Origin: an uncultured Rikenellaceae bacterium
Lineage (GTDB): Bacteria; Bacteroidota; Bacteroidia; Bacteroidales; Tenuifilaceae
Assembly: GCA_964479665.1 (NCBI GenBank)
Contig: CAYZNN010000007.1
Span: 3,843 to 67,842 of the forward strand
Direction: 5' to 3'
DNA length: 64,000 bases
The notes below the pieces were generated by a model, which saw only the letters and a list, made by a program, of their open reading frames with translations, ran no database searches and was not told where the DNA came from. The first letter of the stretch is position 1; each line of letters opens with the position of its first letter. The position numbers and the translations under genes were made by a program. This document shows, in pieces, positions 41,399-50,502 of this stretch.

Positions 41399-42619
41399 TT
41401 AAAGGTACTCTTCTCCTCTATCGGCAAGTTTAACAAAGGGTGCTACAGCCCTTTGAAAAATACCCTGAACAAATGCTATGGTCATTCCAAAGTTAGTTAC
41501 GGGAATGCCCGCATCGATGGCAGTTTTAAGCCTGCTGTGCAGCTGCTTACGTGTAATTACGCAACCCCCGCACTGTACTACTAGAGCGTATTCTTTAATG
41601 TTGCGTGGAAGTTTATCGAGTCCGGCAACCACCTCATATTCAATTTTTTTTCCGGTGTAATTGCTAATCCATCGAGGGATTTTAACCCTGCCAATATCAT
41701 CGCACGATACGTGGTGTGTACAACTTTCGAGCAATAGAACCCTATCTCCATTCTGTAATTCCCCAATTTTTGGTGTGCCTTTAATATAGCTATCGAAATC
41801 TCCCTTAAGCCGCGCCAAAAGGATGCTAAAACTTGTAAGGGGTATATCCTTCGGAATCGATGCATCGGCCTTGGTGAATATTTGACTGTCGGTAACGGCA
41901 AGTGCCGGTTTTATTCCCGTTTTTCGCAAAAACACATCGACCTCACGCTCCTTGAGTACTATAGCAATTGCATCGTTATCGAGCGCATCGCGAATGGTTT
42001 GCACTTGCGGCAGAATAAGTCTTCCGGCAGGTGCTTCCACATCAATAGGAGTAATGAGCAGCACAATATCGCCGTACTTCACCAGGTCGCCCAGCAGGGT
42101 AGGGGTTTTGTACGACGATTCGGGAATAGTATTGCGAATGACATCAATCAGCGTTTCGTAACCTATGCGTTGCGAGGCAGAAACGTTAAGGGCGTTAGCT
42201 TCGCCTAATTTGTCCGAAAGCAGAGGTGAAAGGGTTTCAACATCGCATTTGTTGTGAACAACAATGTAGGGAGTATCGGATTTTTTAAATAAATCGATCA
42301 GTTTATCTTCAAATTCCCCCCAAATGTTATTGGCAATTACCAGAATGGCTAAATCGATATGGTTAATAGTGTCGAGAGTTTTGGCAATTCGCTTCTCGCC
42401 CAGTTCGCCCACATCGTCAATGCCGGCCGTATCGATAAGTATTACGGGGCCGAATCCGGTTATTTCGAACGATTTTTTAACAGGGTCGGTGGTGGTTCCA
42501 GCAAAGTCCGACACAATAGCAACGCTCTGTCCGGCTAACATATTTATTAGCGAACTTTTACCGTTATTCCTTCGCCCGTAAATGCCTATGTGAGGTTTGC
42601 TCTCTTTGCCTTTGATCAT
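41399..42619 (-). CDS. hydF: [FeFe]-hydrogenase H-cluster maturation GTPase HydF
   Basis: N-terminal GTPase (GRRNNGKSSLIN, DTAG, HNKCD) and C-terminal cluster-binding residues ESCTHH ... QCGGC. Confidence 0.82.
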   Translation of the reverse strand: MIKGKESKPHIGIYGRRNNGKSSLINMLAGQSVAIVSDFAGTTTDPVKKSFEITGFGPVILIDTAGIDDVGELGEKRIAKTLDTINHIDLAILVIANNIWGEFEDKLIDLFKKSDTPYIVVHNKCDVETLSPLLSDKLGEANALNVSASQRIGYETLIDVIRNTIPESSYKTPTLLGDLVKYGDIVLLITPIDVEAPAGRLILPQVQTIRDALDNDAIAIVLKEREVDVFLRKTGIKPALAVTDSQIFTKADASIPKDIPLTSFSILLARLKGDFDSYIKGTPKIGELQNGDRVLLLESCTHHVSCDDIGRVKIPRWISNYTGKKIEYEVVAGLDKLPRNIKEYALVVQCGGCVITRKQLHSRLKTAIDAGIPVTNFGMTIAFVQGIFQRAVAPFVKLADRGEEYL

Positions 42620-42757
42620 GAAATTTTTTTAACAAAGATAAAGTTAAAAAAGGGTAAATAAGCAATTAGAATTATTGAACAACGTTTAATTAGTTTGAAT
42701 GACTTTTATAACTTTATATTGTTTTGTCTTGTAATTTAACTTAATGAATAATTCAAA

Positions 42758-43666
42758 ATGAAAAAAATTACCCTTTTAGGAGTTCTTATTTCCTTATTGT
42801 TTGGGGCGAATATTGCCAATGCTCAAATTAAAGGCTTGCTTCGCGATAAGGCCATGGAGGCTATTCAGAAGCAGAAGAAGGAGGAAGAGCAGAAAAAACA
42901 GGAGGAAGAGAAACCGGCTCAGCAAGAGCCGTCGAAACCCCGCAACAACCCGGGCTCCAATTTTATGCAGAAAAAAATGATGGGCGCCATGGGTTTTAGT
43001 AACGTTAAGTTTGAGCCCAATTACAATTTTACTTCCAGCATGGCAATGGAAATTGAAACTGTCGATTCGCTTCAGCGAAAGGAAAAGGTGCTTTACACAA
43101 CCTATTTCAACCCAAACGACAAGAGTTTTGCCATGGTTTTCGATGCAGTTGATAGGGAAACAGGGGAAAAGCAGAAAAGCACCATTGTGCTCGATACTAA
43201 GAACTGGGCTATGCTCATTTTAACCGACAAGAATGGCGAAAAAAATGGGATTGCCATGAAAATTGATCCCGACAGCAGTGCAACGGCCTCAAATGAGCCC
43301 CAAGAGATTGAGGTGCAAACCGAAGAACTTTACAATCCCTATTACAAAGCTTCCGGGAGAACCAAAACGGTATCAGGATATACGTGTAAAGAGTACGAGT
43401 ATAGCAATCCTGAAGGGAGCGTTTCACTTTGGGCAACTAACGATTACAAACTCAACTTCTCCAATGCTTACGGATACATGAATGGTCTTCAGACCCTAGC
43501 AACCGCAGGTTGGGGCTGGGGTAAGGGCATGGTAATGGAAATGGTATTTAAGGACGCCGATTCGCCAGCACGAACTCATATGCTTGTAAAGGAAATTTTA
43601 CCCAACAGCGCCATGCGTTTTAGCGTTACCGACTACAATGTGATTGGCTTCGGGGGGCAGAAGTAA
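42758..43666 (+). CDS. DUF4412-like exported protein
   Basis: Signal peptide ...GANIANA/QI, a low-complexity KQKKEEEQKKQEEEKP linker, and a C-terminal region with SGYTCKEYEY, as I remember for the DUF4412 family. Confidence 0.6.
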   Translation: MKKITLLGVLISLLFGANIANAQIKGLLRDKAMEAIQKQKKEEEQKKQEEEKPAQQEPSKPRNNPGSNFMQKKMMGAMGFSNVKFEPNYNFTSSMAMEIETVDSLQRKEKVLYTTYFNPNDKSFAMVFDAVDRETGEKQKSTIVLDTKNWAMLILTDKNGEKNGIAMKIDPDSSATASNEPQEIEVQTEELYNPYYKASGRTKTVSGYTCKEYEYSNPEGSVSLWATNDYKLNFSNAYGYMNGLQTLATAGWGWGKGMVMEMVFKDADSPARTHMLVKEILPNSAMRFSVTDYNVIGFGGQK

Positions 43667-43684
43667 CCGAATATTTAAGCAATT

Positions 43685-43740
43685 AAGAGGCTGCCCCAAA
43701 AGATGGTCAATTTTTAAACCATCTTTTGGGGCAGCCTCTT
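43685..43740. terminator. Perfect 23-bp inverted repeat (10-nt loop) between convergent genes; likely a bidirectional terminator
   Basis: aagaggctgccccaaaagatggt (43685-43707) is the exact reverse complement of accatcttttggggcagcctctt (43718-43740). The right arm encodes the last 8 codons of the methyltransferase. Confidence 0.6.
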
Positions 43741-44901
43741 AAATTGGTTTGCCAACTGAAAAAGCTGATTGGCAACATATTTCACTACCTCCACATTTAC
43801 CGAGTTGCCAAATTGCTTGTAGGCTTGCTGGGTTGTAGTATTTATTTTAAAGTTCTGCGGAAACGATTGGAGGTTGGCTGCCTCCCGTGGCGAAAGCCTC
43901 CGTTTTTCCCAACCAATAATGGGAATGTGAATCATTGCAACCAATGCAGGGAATTCGGTGGGCCTTTTAACACGTATTCCCGAGGGACGAAACTGAATTA
44001 TACCTTCCCAAACACTTGAAATATGGTTGCCTGCTTGCCATTCGAATTTGGTGTTGGTGGGGGTTAAGTGTTTCAGAAATTCATGCTTTACAAGCCATTT
44101 ATCAATATGCTTTTTGTTGTCGTGGTATAGTTGCCGGTTTTTATTTATAAAAATTTGCTTCCAATGAGGAAGATGTGAAACCGAGTATTTTTTGCCAAAT
44201 TCTTCAGACCACACGGGGAAGCCAATTACCCTATTTTTAAGGCCTTTAATGAACTCATCCCATATTTCGAGGGCCAACTCCTCGGCCGGAGATATGCTCA
44301 GCCCAATGGGAGGGCTATTGTCAATAATTGTATTGAATTGTACCGTATTCTTTTTCGATTTGGGGATTGACAAGGAAATCGATTGTATTGAAGCATAGCT
44401 ACTGTGAATTCCGGGGATGAAAACCCTGTCGCGAAGTTGAGGAATACCAATGTGGTGAGGGCTCACAATTATTGGTTTCTCGGGTATAATGTAGCCAATG
44501 TCAACCAGGTTTTTATGAATAATCCGCCATGTGCGGCCATGGTCGTGCCCAACCAAATTGCGAACATTTTCAAGAATAATAAATTTGGGCTTGTGGTATT
44601 TGAGTATTCTAAGGATTTCAAAAAACAGGGTACCTCGGGTATCTTCAAAACCCTCTTGCCTACCGGCCTTCGAAAATGCCTGACAGGGGAACCCTGCACA
44701 AAGCACATCGTGCTGGGGGATAGCATCTTCGGGTACTTCGCGAATATCGAAAGTAGGAGTAATGCCATAGTTGGATTTATAGGTTTCGATGGCGTACTTG
44801 TCGATTTCCGATGCAAATACGCACTCGCCACCCAGTTGCGACATGGCTATATGGAAACCTCCAATACCAGCAAACAGATCGATAAACTCGAATTTTTCCA
44901 T
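43714..44901 (-). CDS. dcm: DNA (cytosine-5)-methyltransferase
   Basis: Motif I FIDLFAGIGGF, motif IV GFPCQAFS, motif VI ILENVRNL, motif VIII QLRDRVFI, motif IX REAANLQSFP, motif X QFGNSVNV. The start is at MEKFEF (44901). Confidence 0.9.
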   Translation of the reverse strand: MEKFEFIDLFAGIGGFHIAMSQLGGECVFASEIDKYAIETYKSNYGITPTFDIREVPEDAIPQHDVLCAGFPCQAFSKAGRQEGFEDTRGTLFFEILRILKYHKPKFIILENVRNLVGHDHGRTWRIIHKNLVDIGYIIPEKPIIVSPHHIGIPQLRDRVFIPGIHSSYASIQSISLSIPKSKKNTVQFNTIIDNSPPIGLSISPAEELALEIWDEFIKGLKNRVIGFPVWSEEFGKKYSVSHLPHWKQIFINKNRQLYHDNKKHIDKWLVKHEFLKHLTPTNTKFEWQAGNHISSVWEGIIQFRPSGIRVKRPTEFPALVAMIHIPIIGWEKRRLSPREAANLQSFPQNFKINTTTQQAYKQFGNSVNVEVVKYVANQLFQLANQFKRLPQKMV

Positions 44902-45022
44902 CGGTTTCGAAAAGTAAAGTGCAAAGGTAGAACTATGCCCCAAATTGCAATGAGAAAAAAGAGCGAGTTGTAGTTAAAGGCTCTCGATTGCTTTTTTAAT
45001 TAGTTTTGTCGAAAAATTTCCC

Positions 45023-45688
45023 ATGCGTTACCTTTCCATTTATGCTGTTAGCATAATAAACCTTGTAATAACAGTTCGATACTGCGTATTGCTATACAAA
45101 AAACAAATTAAACCAGCCTTGGCCATGTGGGTGTTTTTTACATTGGCCGTTTGCATGAGCCTTATTACCTATCTGGCCGATGGAAACTACAGCATTTGGG
45201 ATAATATTTTGAACACTACCGATTTGGTTTTAACCCTAACGGTGTCCGTTGCCATTGCCCTTTTTGGCGATCGTACTTCTCGGTTTACTACTTTCGATAA
45301 AGGTTGCCTAGTTGCAGTTGTTGGAATTATGTTTTTTTGGTTGGTTACCCGCAACCATTTGGCAACCAATTTGGCTGTTCAATCCATTCTGGTTATTGCT
45401 TACCTTCCGGTAATAAAAAGACTTTTCGAATCGAAATCCAACACCGAACCCTTTTCGGTTTGGATTCTAATGCTCATTGCCCCCGTTTTTGCATTGCTTG
45501 CGAGCCAGGGGCTAATGGCATCTATTTACTCGTGGCGGGCCATTTGCTGCGTAGCCTTGCTGCTTATTCTAATGCTTAGGGTTGAAATGATTAGTGGTGG
45601 GTTGAAAAAGATCGATATTGTGGTGGACGATGAATTGCATGAAAAAACCGCCACCGAAAATCGCGATGGCGGTTATAGGGAAGGGTAA
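45023..45688 (+). CDS. Hypothetical polytopic membrane protein (about 6-7 TM)
   Basis: 221-aa ORF dominated by hydrophobic helices. I recognised no catalytic motif. Confidence 0.45.
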   Translation: MRYLSIYAVSIINLVITVRYCVLLYKKQIKPALAMWVFFTLAVCMSLITYLADGNYSIWDNILNTTDLVLTLTVSVAIALFGDRTSRFTTFDKGCLVAVVGIMFFWLVTRNHLATNLAVQSILVIAYLPVIKRLFESKSNTEPFSVWILMLIAPVFALLASQGLMASIYSWRAICCVALLLILMLRVEMISGGLKKIDIVVDDELHEKTATENRDGGYREG

Positions 45689-45695
45689 AAGGCAG

Positions 45696-46871
45696 CTACT
45701 TGCCCATTTCCATAAGTTGAACAATTTTGTCCCAATTATCGTAGGCGCACTGAACGTCGGCCTTCGAAATGTTACCGCCAGCGAGGGTTTGCTTTACAGC
45801 TGCTTCCATAGCCTTGTCGAGTACAAACATTTCCGCAGCTTTCTTCTCGTCGGCACTAGCCTCCATTATGGATTGCATGGCGTTCAAGCTTTTTACACTT
45901 TCGAAAGCCAGAAGAGTTTGCATATAGGCTTTAGTGTATTCAGCTACATCCTTAAAACCATAGGTTTGAAGGGTTTTAAGTATGGCATCGGATTGACTTT
46001 GATCAATGGCTTTCACATCCCTGGTGGCATCAATCAGTTTGTCGATAGTGCTAACGGTTAACGCATTGCCACCTTTAGAAAACCAATCCTTGGCGTAGTC
46101 GGCAGCCTTTGCAGGGAATTTGCTGGGTTTTTCATAAGCCGAAGTTGCTTCATTGGCTTCAATATCTCCACTTTCAGACTCCATTCGAGACAGTTCCTCC
46201 TCGTATTTTGCGCTCATTTCTTCAGCGGCATTTTTGTACTTCTCAAGTTCCTTTTCCAAACGTCCCGCACCATAACCCGATAGGGTGTTTACAGTCAAGC
46301 GGCCAATAAAACTTATTAGGGTTAATAGAACCATTAATCCGCCAAGAACGAATGCAATAACCTTTGCCGAATGCTCTTTACCCCTAAGGGTGAGGCTCAA
46401 TCCCCAGTAAAGCATGTAAAGGGTGTACAAATTAATGGCTAAACTAATAACAGAACCAATCCAGAAGTTCAGGCCGCTTATTACACTTACAAATGCAGTA
46501 ATTGGAAATACCACCATGGTAGCCACAGCCACCCTGAGGTTGGCTTCGAAATCGGTATTGCCCCCGCAAATGGCCGAAAATAGTAGTACAATAACCCCAG
46601 CAATGAATGCTCCAATTACAGCACCAATTAAAGAATAGATAAGAACAGTAACGCCAACAGCACCTCCAAATGGCCCAATTACCGCTCCGAGTCGGAAGAA
46701 CCCCCAAAGCATGTATAATACACCACCAATGGCGCCATAAATTAGAGCGCGGATGATGGGGTCAACAATTCCTCCTTCCGTTTCAAGTTTGCCAAAGTGC
46801 TCCTTAGGGTTTAGCAGCGCATTTTTCGAATCGTCGATAAACTTTTGAAAATCGAATCCCTTGTTTTCCAT
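45696..46871 (-). CDS. Yip1-domain-like membrane protein with a long soluble C-terminal extension
   Basis: MENKGFDFQKFIDDSKNALLNPKEHF, then 5 TM helices (Yip1-like) and about 200 aa of helical soluble sequence. Confidence 0.55.
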   Translation of the reverse strand: MENKGFDFQKFIDDSKNALLNPKEHFGKLETEGGIVDPIIRALIYGAIGGVLYMLWGFFRLGAVIGPFGGAVGVTVLIYSLIGAVIGAFIAGVIVLLFSAICGGNTDFEANLRVAVATMVVFPITAFVSVISGLNFWIGSVISLAINLYTLYMLYWGLSLTLRGKEHSAKVIAFVLGGLMVLLTLISFIGRLTVNTLSGYGAGRLEKELEKYKNAAEEMSAKYEEELSRMESESGDIEANEATSAYEKPSKFPAKAADYAKDWFSKGGNALTVSTIDKLIDATRDVKAIDQSQSDAILKTLQTYGFKDVAEYTKAYMQTLLAFESVKSLNAMQSIMEASADEKKAAEMFVLDKAMEAAVKQTLAGGNISKADVQCAYDNWDKIVQLMEMGK

Positions 46872-46984
46872 GGTATGTTTGTTTTGGTTTGAATTAACAA
46901 ACAAACTTACCACTAAAAGTAACGAAAGTCAATAAATGGGATATTGAATTGTGTTTTGAATTAACAGGCCAAGCGGAATGTTCG

Positions 46985-47710
46985 CTATATCCAACCTGTG
47001 ATTACGGATAAAGCTATATATAGAACGATTAATGGCATTATAGCTGCCTGCCCCAATAAAACAAAAAGTATTAATGCGCCAAGCATAAGCAGGATCTGCC
47101 TCCACGACTCGCTGGGCTTCAAACTTTTAACTTTTAATGAGAACATAGGGATGGGTAAAACCAAAAGTGCCGATTGTATAATTATTAAAGTGGTAAAAAT
47201 GTGCGGATTACCCGAAAGGATTTCGAAGAATTCGGAATGTTTGCCATGAAGCCCAATAACTAGGCCTGCAAATAGTAGGGCATTAGCGGGTGTGGGTAAC
47301 CCAATAAAGGTAGTGATTTGTTGCGTGTCGATATTGAATTTTGCCAAACGCAGTGCCGAAAAAATGGCAATCAGAAATGGTACAACTAGAATGAAATGGC
47401 CTGAGGTAAAACCGCTATTATTGCCAAGGTGCAGTGAGTTTTTTAGTAGGTGAAAAGCTAGCACTGATGGGGCAACCCCAAAACTAACCATATCTGAAAG
47501 CGAGTCGAGTTCCTTGCCAAGAGGGGAGTATGCTTTTAATAGTCTGGCAGCAAACCCATCGGCAAAATCGAATACAGATGCAGCAAGAATAAGGTAGCTG
47601 GCTAGCAAAATATCACCTTCGAATGCTGAAACAATAGAAAGGCACCCAAACATTAAGTTGAGAAGTGTAATGGAGTTGGGAATGCTTTTTATGAGCTGCG
47701 ATGCTTTCAT
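46985..47710 (-). CDS. pssA: CDP-diacylglycerol--serine O-phosphatidyltransferase (CDP-alcohol phosphatidyltransferase family)
   Basis: IPNSITLLNLMFG and the CDP-alcohol motif DFADGFAARLLKAYSPLGKELDSLSD. Confidence 0.82.
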   Translation of the reverse strand: MKASQLIKSIPNSITLLNLMFGCLSIVSAFEGDILLASYLILAASVFDFADGFAARLLKAYSPLGKELDSLSDMVSFGVAPSVLAFHLLKNSLHLGNNSGFTSGHFILVVPFLIAIFSALRLAKFNIDTQQITTFIGLPTPANALLFAGLVIGLHGKHSEFFEILSGNPHIFTTLIIIQSALLVLPIPMFSLKVKSLKPSESWRQILLMLGALILFVLLGQAAIMPLIVLYIALSVITGWI

Positions 47711-47826
47711 GAATTTTGGGTTAAGCAATAATTTTGGCAAAAGTAAGTTATTTTATCGTTGGTGCTATACCTAAACAAATAGTTGATTTATTTGTAAGTT
47801 TACAGGCCATAATTCGGTTAATTAAA

Positions 47827-48909
47827 ATGAAATTCACTTTTTTCATTATATTCTTCTACACCCTTTCAACCCTGTGCTTTGGGCAGGCAGCCAAGTATAG
47901 CAACGACTTTCTAAATATAGGAGCGGGTGCCCGCTGGTTAGCACTTGGCGGAACCGGTGTTTCACTTAGTAACTCGGTTGAAGCTGGATACTGGAACCCA
48001 GCCAACTTAACTTCAATGACCCATCGCAACCAGATTTCAGCAATGCATGCCAGCTACTTTGCGGGTATGGCTTCGTACAATTACATGACCTTTGGCCATA
48101 GGGTTGATAGTACCTCGGCCACTGCCTTTTCGCTTATTCGTTTTGGTGTCGACGATATTCCCAACACCACCGAACTTTACGATTCCGATGGGAATATCAG
48201 CTATGACCGCCTTTCGATGTTTTCTGTGGCCGATTATGCTTTTCTGTTGAGCTACGCAAAAAAACTACCAATAAATGAACTTTCAGTTGGCGGTAACGCC
48301 AAAATCATTTACCGTAACGTTGGGAAATTTGCCAAAGCCTTTGGGTTTGGTTTCGATGCAGGTTTGAAATATTCATACGGCAACTGGATGCTGGGAGCAA
48401 CCCTTAAAGATGTTACCACTACCTTTTCACTGTGGAACTTTAACAATAAAGAACTCAATATTACTATTGGCGACAGCACATTCAATAAAGCACCCGAAAA
48501 CTCGCTGGAACTTATGCTGCCCCAATTAGCAATTGGAGTTGCCCGTAGTTTTAATTTGAACGATGAGTTGAACCTTTCGGCCGAAATCGACCTGATTGCC
48601 TATTTCGATGGGAAACGTAACATGCCAATTTCGTCGAATTTTGCGAGCGTTGAGCCTCGCATTGGAGTAGAACTGGAGTATATTAAACTGCTATATTTCC
48701 GTTTAGGAGTAAATAATATTCAACGTGTGAGCGATTTCGACAGTAAATCCCAAGTTGTGGTTCAGCCCAATGTGGGCATAGGTCTACGTTTCCGAGGAAT
48801 TTCGCTCGATTATGCCCTTACCAATGCCGGAAGTGTAGGTTTCAGCAGGTATTCCAATGTTTTCAGTTTAACTTGGGGTTTCGATAGCATTAGTTTTTCC
48901 GATTTATAA
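47827..48909 (+). CDS. PorV/PorQ-family type IX secretion outer-membrane protein
   Basis: Signal peptide MKFTFFIIFFYTLSTLCFG/QA. FLNIGAGARWLALGGTGVS...AGYWNPANL matches the conserved PorV-family N-terminal motif. A beta-barrel pattern follows. Confidence 0.68.
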   Translation: MKFTFFIIFFYTLSTLCFGQAAKYSNDFLNIGAGARWLALGGTGVSLSNSVEAGYWNPANLTSMTHRNQISAMHASYFAGMASYNYMTFGHRVDSTSATAFSLIRFGVDDIPNTTELYDSDGNISYDRLSMFSVADYAFLLSYAKKLPINELSVGGNAKIIYRNVGKFAKAFGFGFDAGLKYSYGNWMLGATLKDVTTTFSLWNFNNKELNITIGDSTFNKAPENSLELMLPQLAIGVARSFNLNDELNLSAEIDLIAYFDGKRNMPISSNFASVEPRIGVELEYIKLLYFRLGVNNIQRVSDFDSKSQVVVQPNVGIGLRFRGISLDYALTNAGSVGFSRYSNVFSLTWGFDSISFSDL

Positions 48910-48988
48910 ATTAACTACCCCAATATATTAGGCATGGGTGCGTGCTGGGTCATTTTTTTTATCTTTGCAATTGAAAGGGCCTAAGATT

Positions 48989-49414
48989 ATGCTCAGAGTT
49001 GCCATCGATTTTGACGATACCATTGTTGAAAACGCTTACCCAAAAATAGGCAAACCCAAACTCTTTGCTTTCGAAACGCTTATTGCGCTGCAAAAGAAGG
49101 GTTTTCGTTTAATACTTTGGACCGTTCGAACGGGCAAGGAACTGGACGAGGCAGTGGCGTTTTGCAAACAACATGGTATTGAATTCTATGCTGTAAACAG
49201 CAACTACCCCGAGGAAACATTCGACCCTACAGTAGCACGAAAAATTGAAGCCGACATTTTTATCGACGATCGGAATATAGGAGGTTTCCCAGGCTGGGGA
49301 GAAGTATGGCAAATGATGTTTCCACAGGAAACCGACCCAAATTTAGAACGAAAACGTCTTGAAAAATTCCGAAAACCATCCTTACTAAAACGAATATTTA
49401 TAAAAAGAAAATAG
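48989..49414 (+). CDS. Small HAD-superfamily phosphatase-like protein
   Basis: DxDxT motif in MLRVAIDFDDTIV, TVRTG, and the distal acidic motif DIFIDDRN. Confidence 0.5.
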   Translation: MLRVAIDFDDTIVENAYPKIGKPKLFAFETLIALQKKGFRLILWTVRTGKELDEAVAFCKQHGIEFYAVNSNYPEETFDPTVARKIEADIFIDDRNIGGFPGWGEVWQMMFPQETDPNLERKRLEKFRKPSLLKRIFIKRK

Positions 49415-49422
49415 CCATACCA

Positions 49423-50499
49423 ATGAATCTTGCCATTCACCATTCGCTGGCCGCAACTGTTATTTTTACTCTTTTGGCCCATTCGTGCTCCGAATCGAAA
49501 AACCAACCAAACGATCAACCGAAAGCGGTAAGCGCCCAAGTTATAAGAATAATTGAGCCCAACAATGGTAAACTTTATTCGCAGGGCGAAAAGATTAGTT
49601 TGCAAGTAAAAGTACTTTCCGATTCCATTTCGCTCGACTCGCTATTCCTTTCTGTTAATGCTGCAAACTATGGTAAAATTATTAGCAACCAAATTACTGT
49701 AGAAACCGAAAAGCTGAAACTCGGAACTCACCAACTTCGTGCTACTGCATGGCATAAGGGCACAAGGCATACAGCGTCTGTGGGAGTGGTTATTAAGTCG
49801 GCATTTAAACCGCAGCAATACACTTACAGGGTTGTAAATACATACCCGCACGATAAGGAGGCATATACGCAGGGTCTTTTTTATTATAATGGTTACCTAG
49901 TTGAAAGCACTGGCCAGTATGGCCAATCGAGCCTTCGAAAAGTTGAACTAAATACAGGAAAGGTTATAAAGAGTTCCAATCTAGAACGGCAGTATTTTGG
50001 TGAGGGCTGTGCGCTAATAGATGGAAAAATATACCAGTTAACCTGGACAACTCGTAAGGGTTTTATTTACGATGCTGAATCTTTTGGCTTGATAAGCACA
50101 TTCGATTATCCCACACAGGGTTGGGGGCTTACCGCAATGGGAACCAAATTGGTTATGAGCGATGGCAGCAACATTCTGTATATTTTGGAACCCCAAAATT
50201 TTGCCGAGGTTCGTCGCATTGAAGTTTACGACAATGCAGGTCCGGTTATGCAGCTAAATGAGTTGGAATATATTGATGGTAAAATTTGGGCCAACGTTTA
50301 TCAAACCGACCGGATTGTAATTATAGACCCTGAAACGGGAACCGTTGAGGCAGAGCTGAATCTGTCGGGAATTCTCCCAAATGCCGACAGGCATGCCAAC
50401 GTTGATGTGCTTAACGGCATTGCATGGGACAGTATTACCAAGCGACCATTTGTAACAGGAAAGAACTGGCCCAAGCTTTTCGAAATCAGGGTGAAGTAG
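49423..50499 (+). CDS. Glutaminyl-peptide cyclotransferase (beta-propeller type) lipoprotein with an N-terminal Ig-like domain
   Basis: Lipobox LLAHSC. YPHDKEAYTQGLFYYNGYLVESTGQYGQSSLRKVELNTGKV, LTWTTRKGFIYD and NELEYIDGKIWANVYQTDRIVIIDPETG. Confidence 0.87.
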   Translation: MNLAIHHSLAATVIFTLLAHSCSESKNQPNDQPKAVSAQVIRIIEPNNGKLYSQGEKISLQVKVLSDSISLDSLFLSVNAANYGKIISNQITVETEKLKLGTHQLRATAWHKGTRHTASVGVVIKSAFKPQQYTYRVVNTYPHDKEAYTQGLFYYNGYLVESTGQYGQSSLRKVELNTGKVIKSSNLERQYFGEGCALIDGKIYQLTWTTRKGFIYDAESFGLISTFDYPTQGWGLTAMGTKLVMSDGSNILYILEPQNFAEVRRIEVYDNAGPVMQLNELEYIDGKIWANVYQTDRIVIIDPETGTVEAELNLSGILPNADRHANVDVLNGIAWDSITKRPFVTGKNWPKLFEIRVK

Positions 50500-50502
50500 G
50501 TT

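Noticed and set aside
44404-44973. 189-aa plus-strand ORF (and the 120-aa minus-frame ORF 44469-44831) overlapping the methyltransferase gene
   Set aside because: It lies entirely inside or antisense to a gene with all ten m5C-MTase motifs, and it has no recognisable motifs itself. This is a typical shadow ORF.
45023-45688. Membrane protein divergent from dcm as a possible restriction endonuclease partner
   Set aside because: It is almost entirely hydrophobic helices with no PD-(D/E)xK, HNH or GIY-YIG-like motif. It is not a plausible nuclease.
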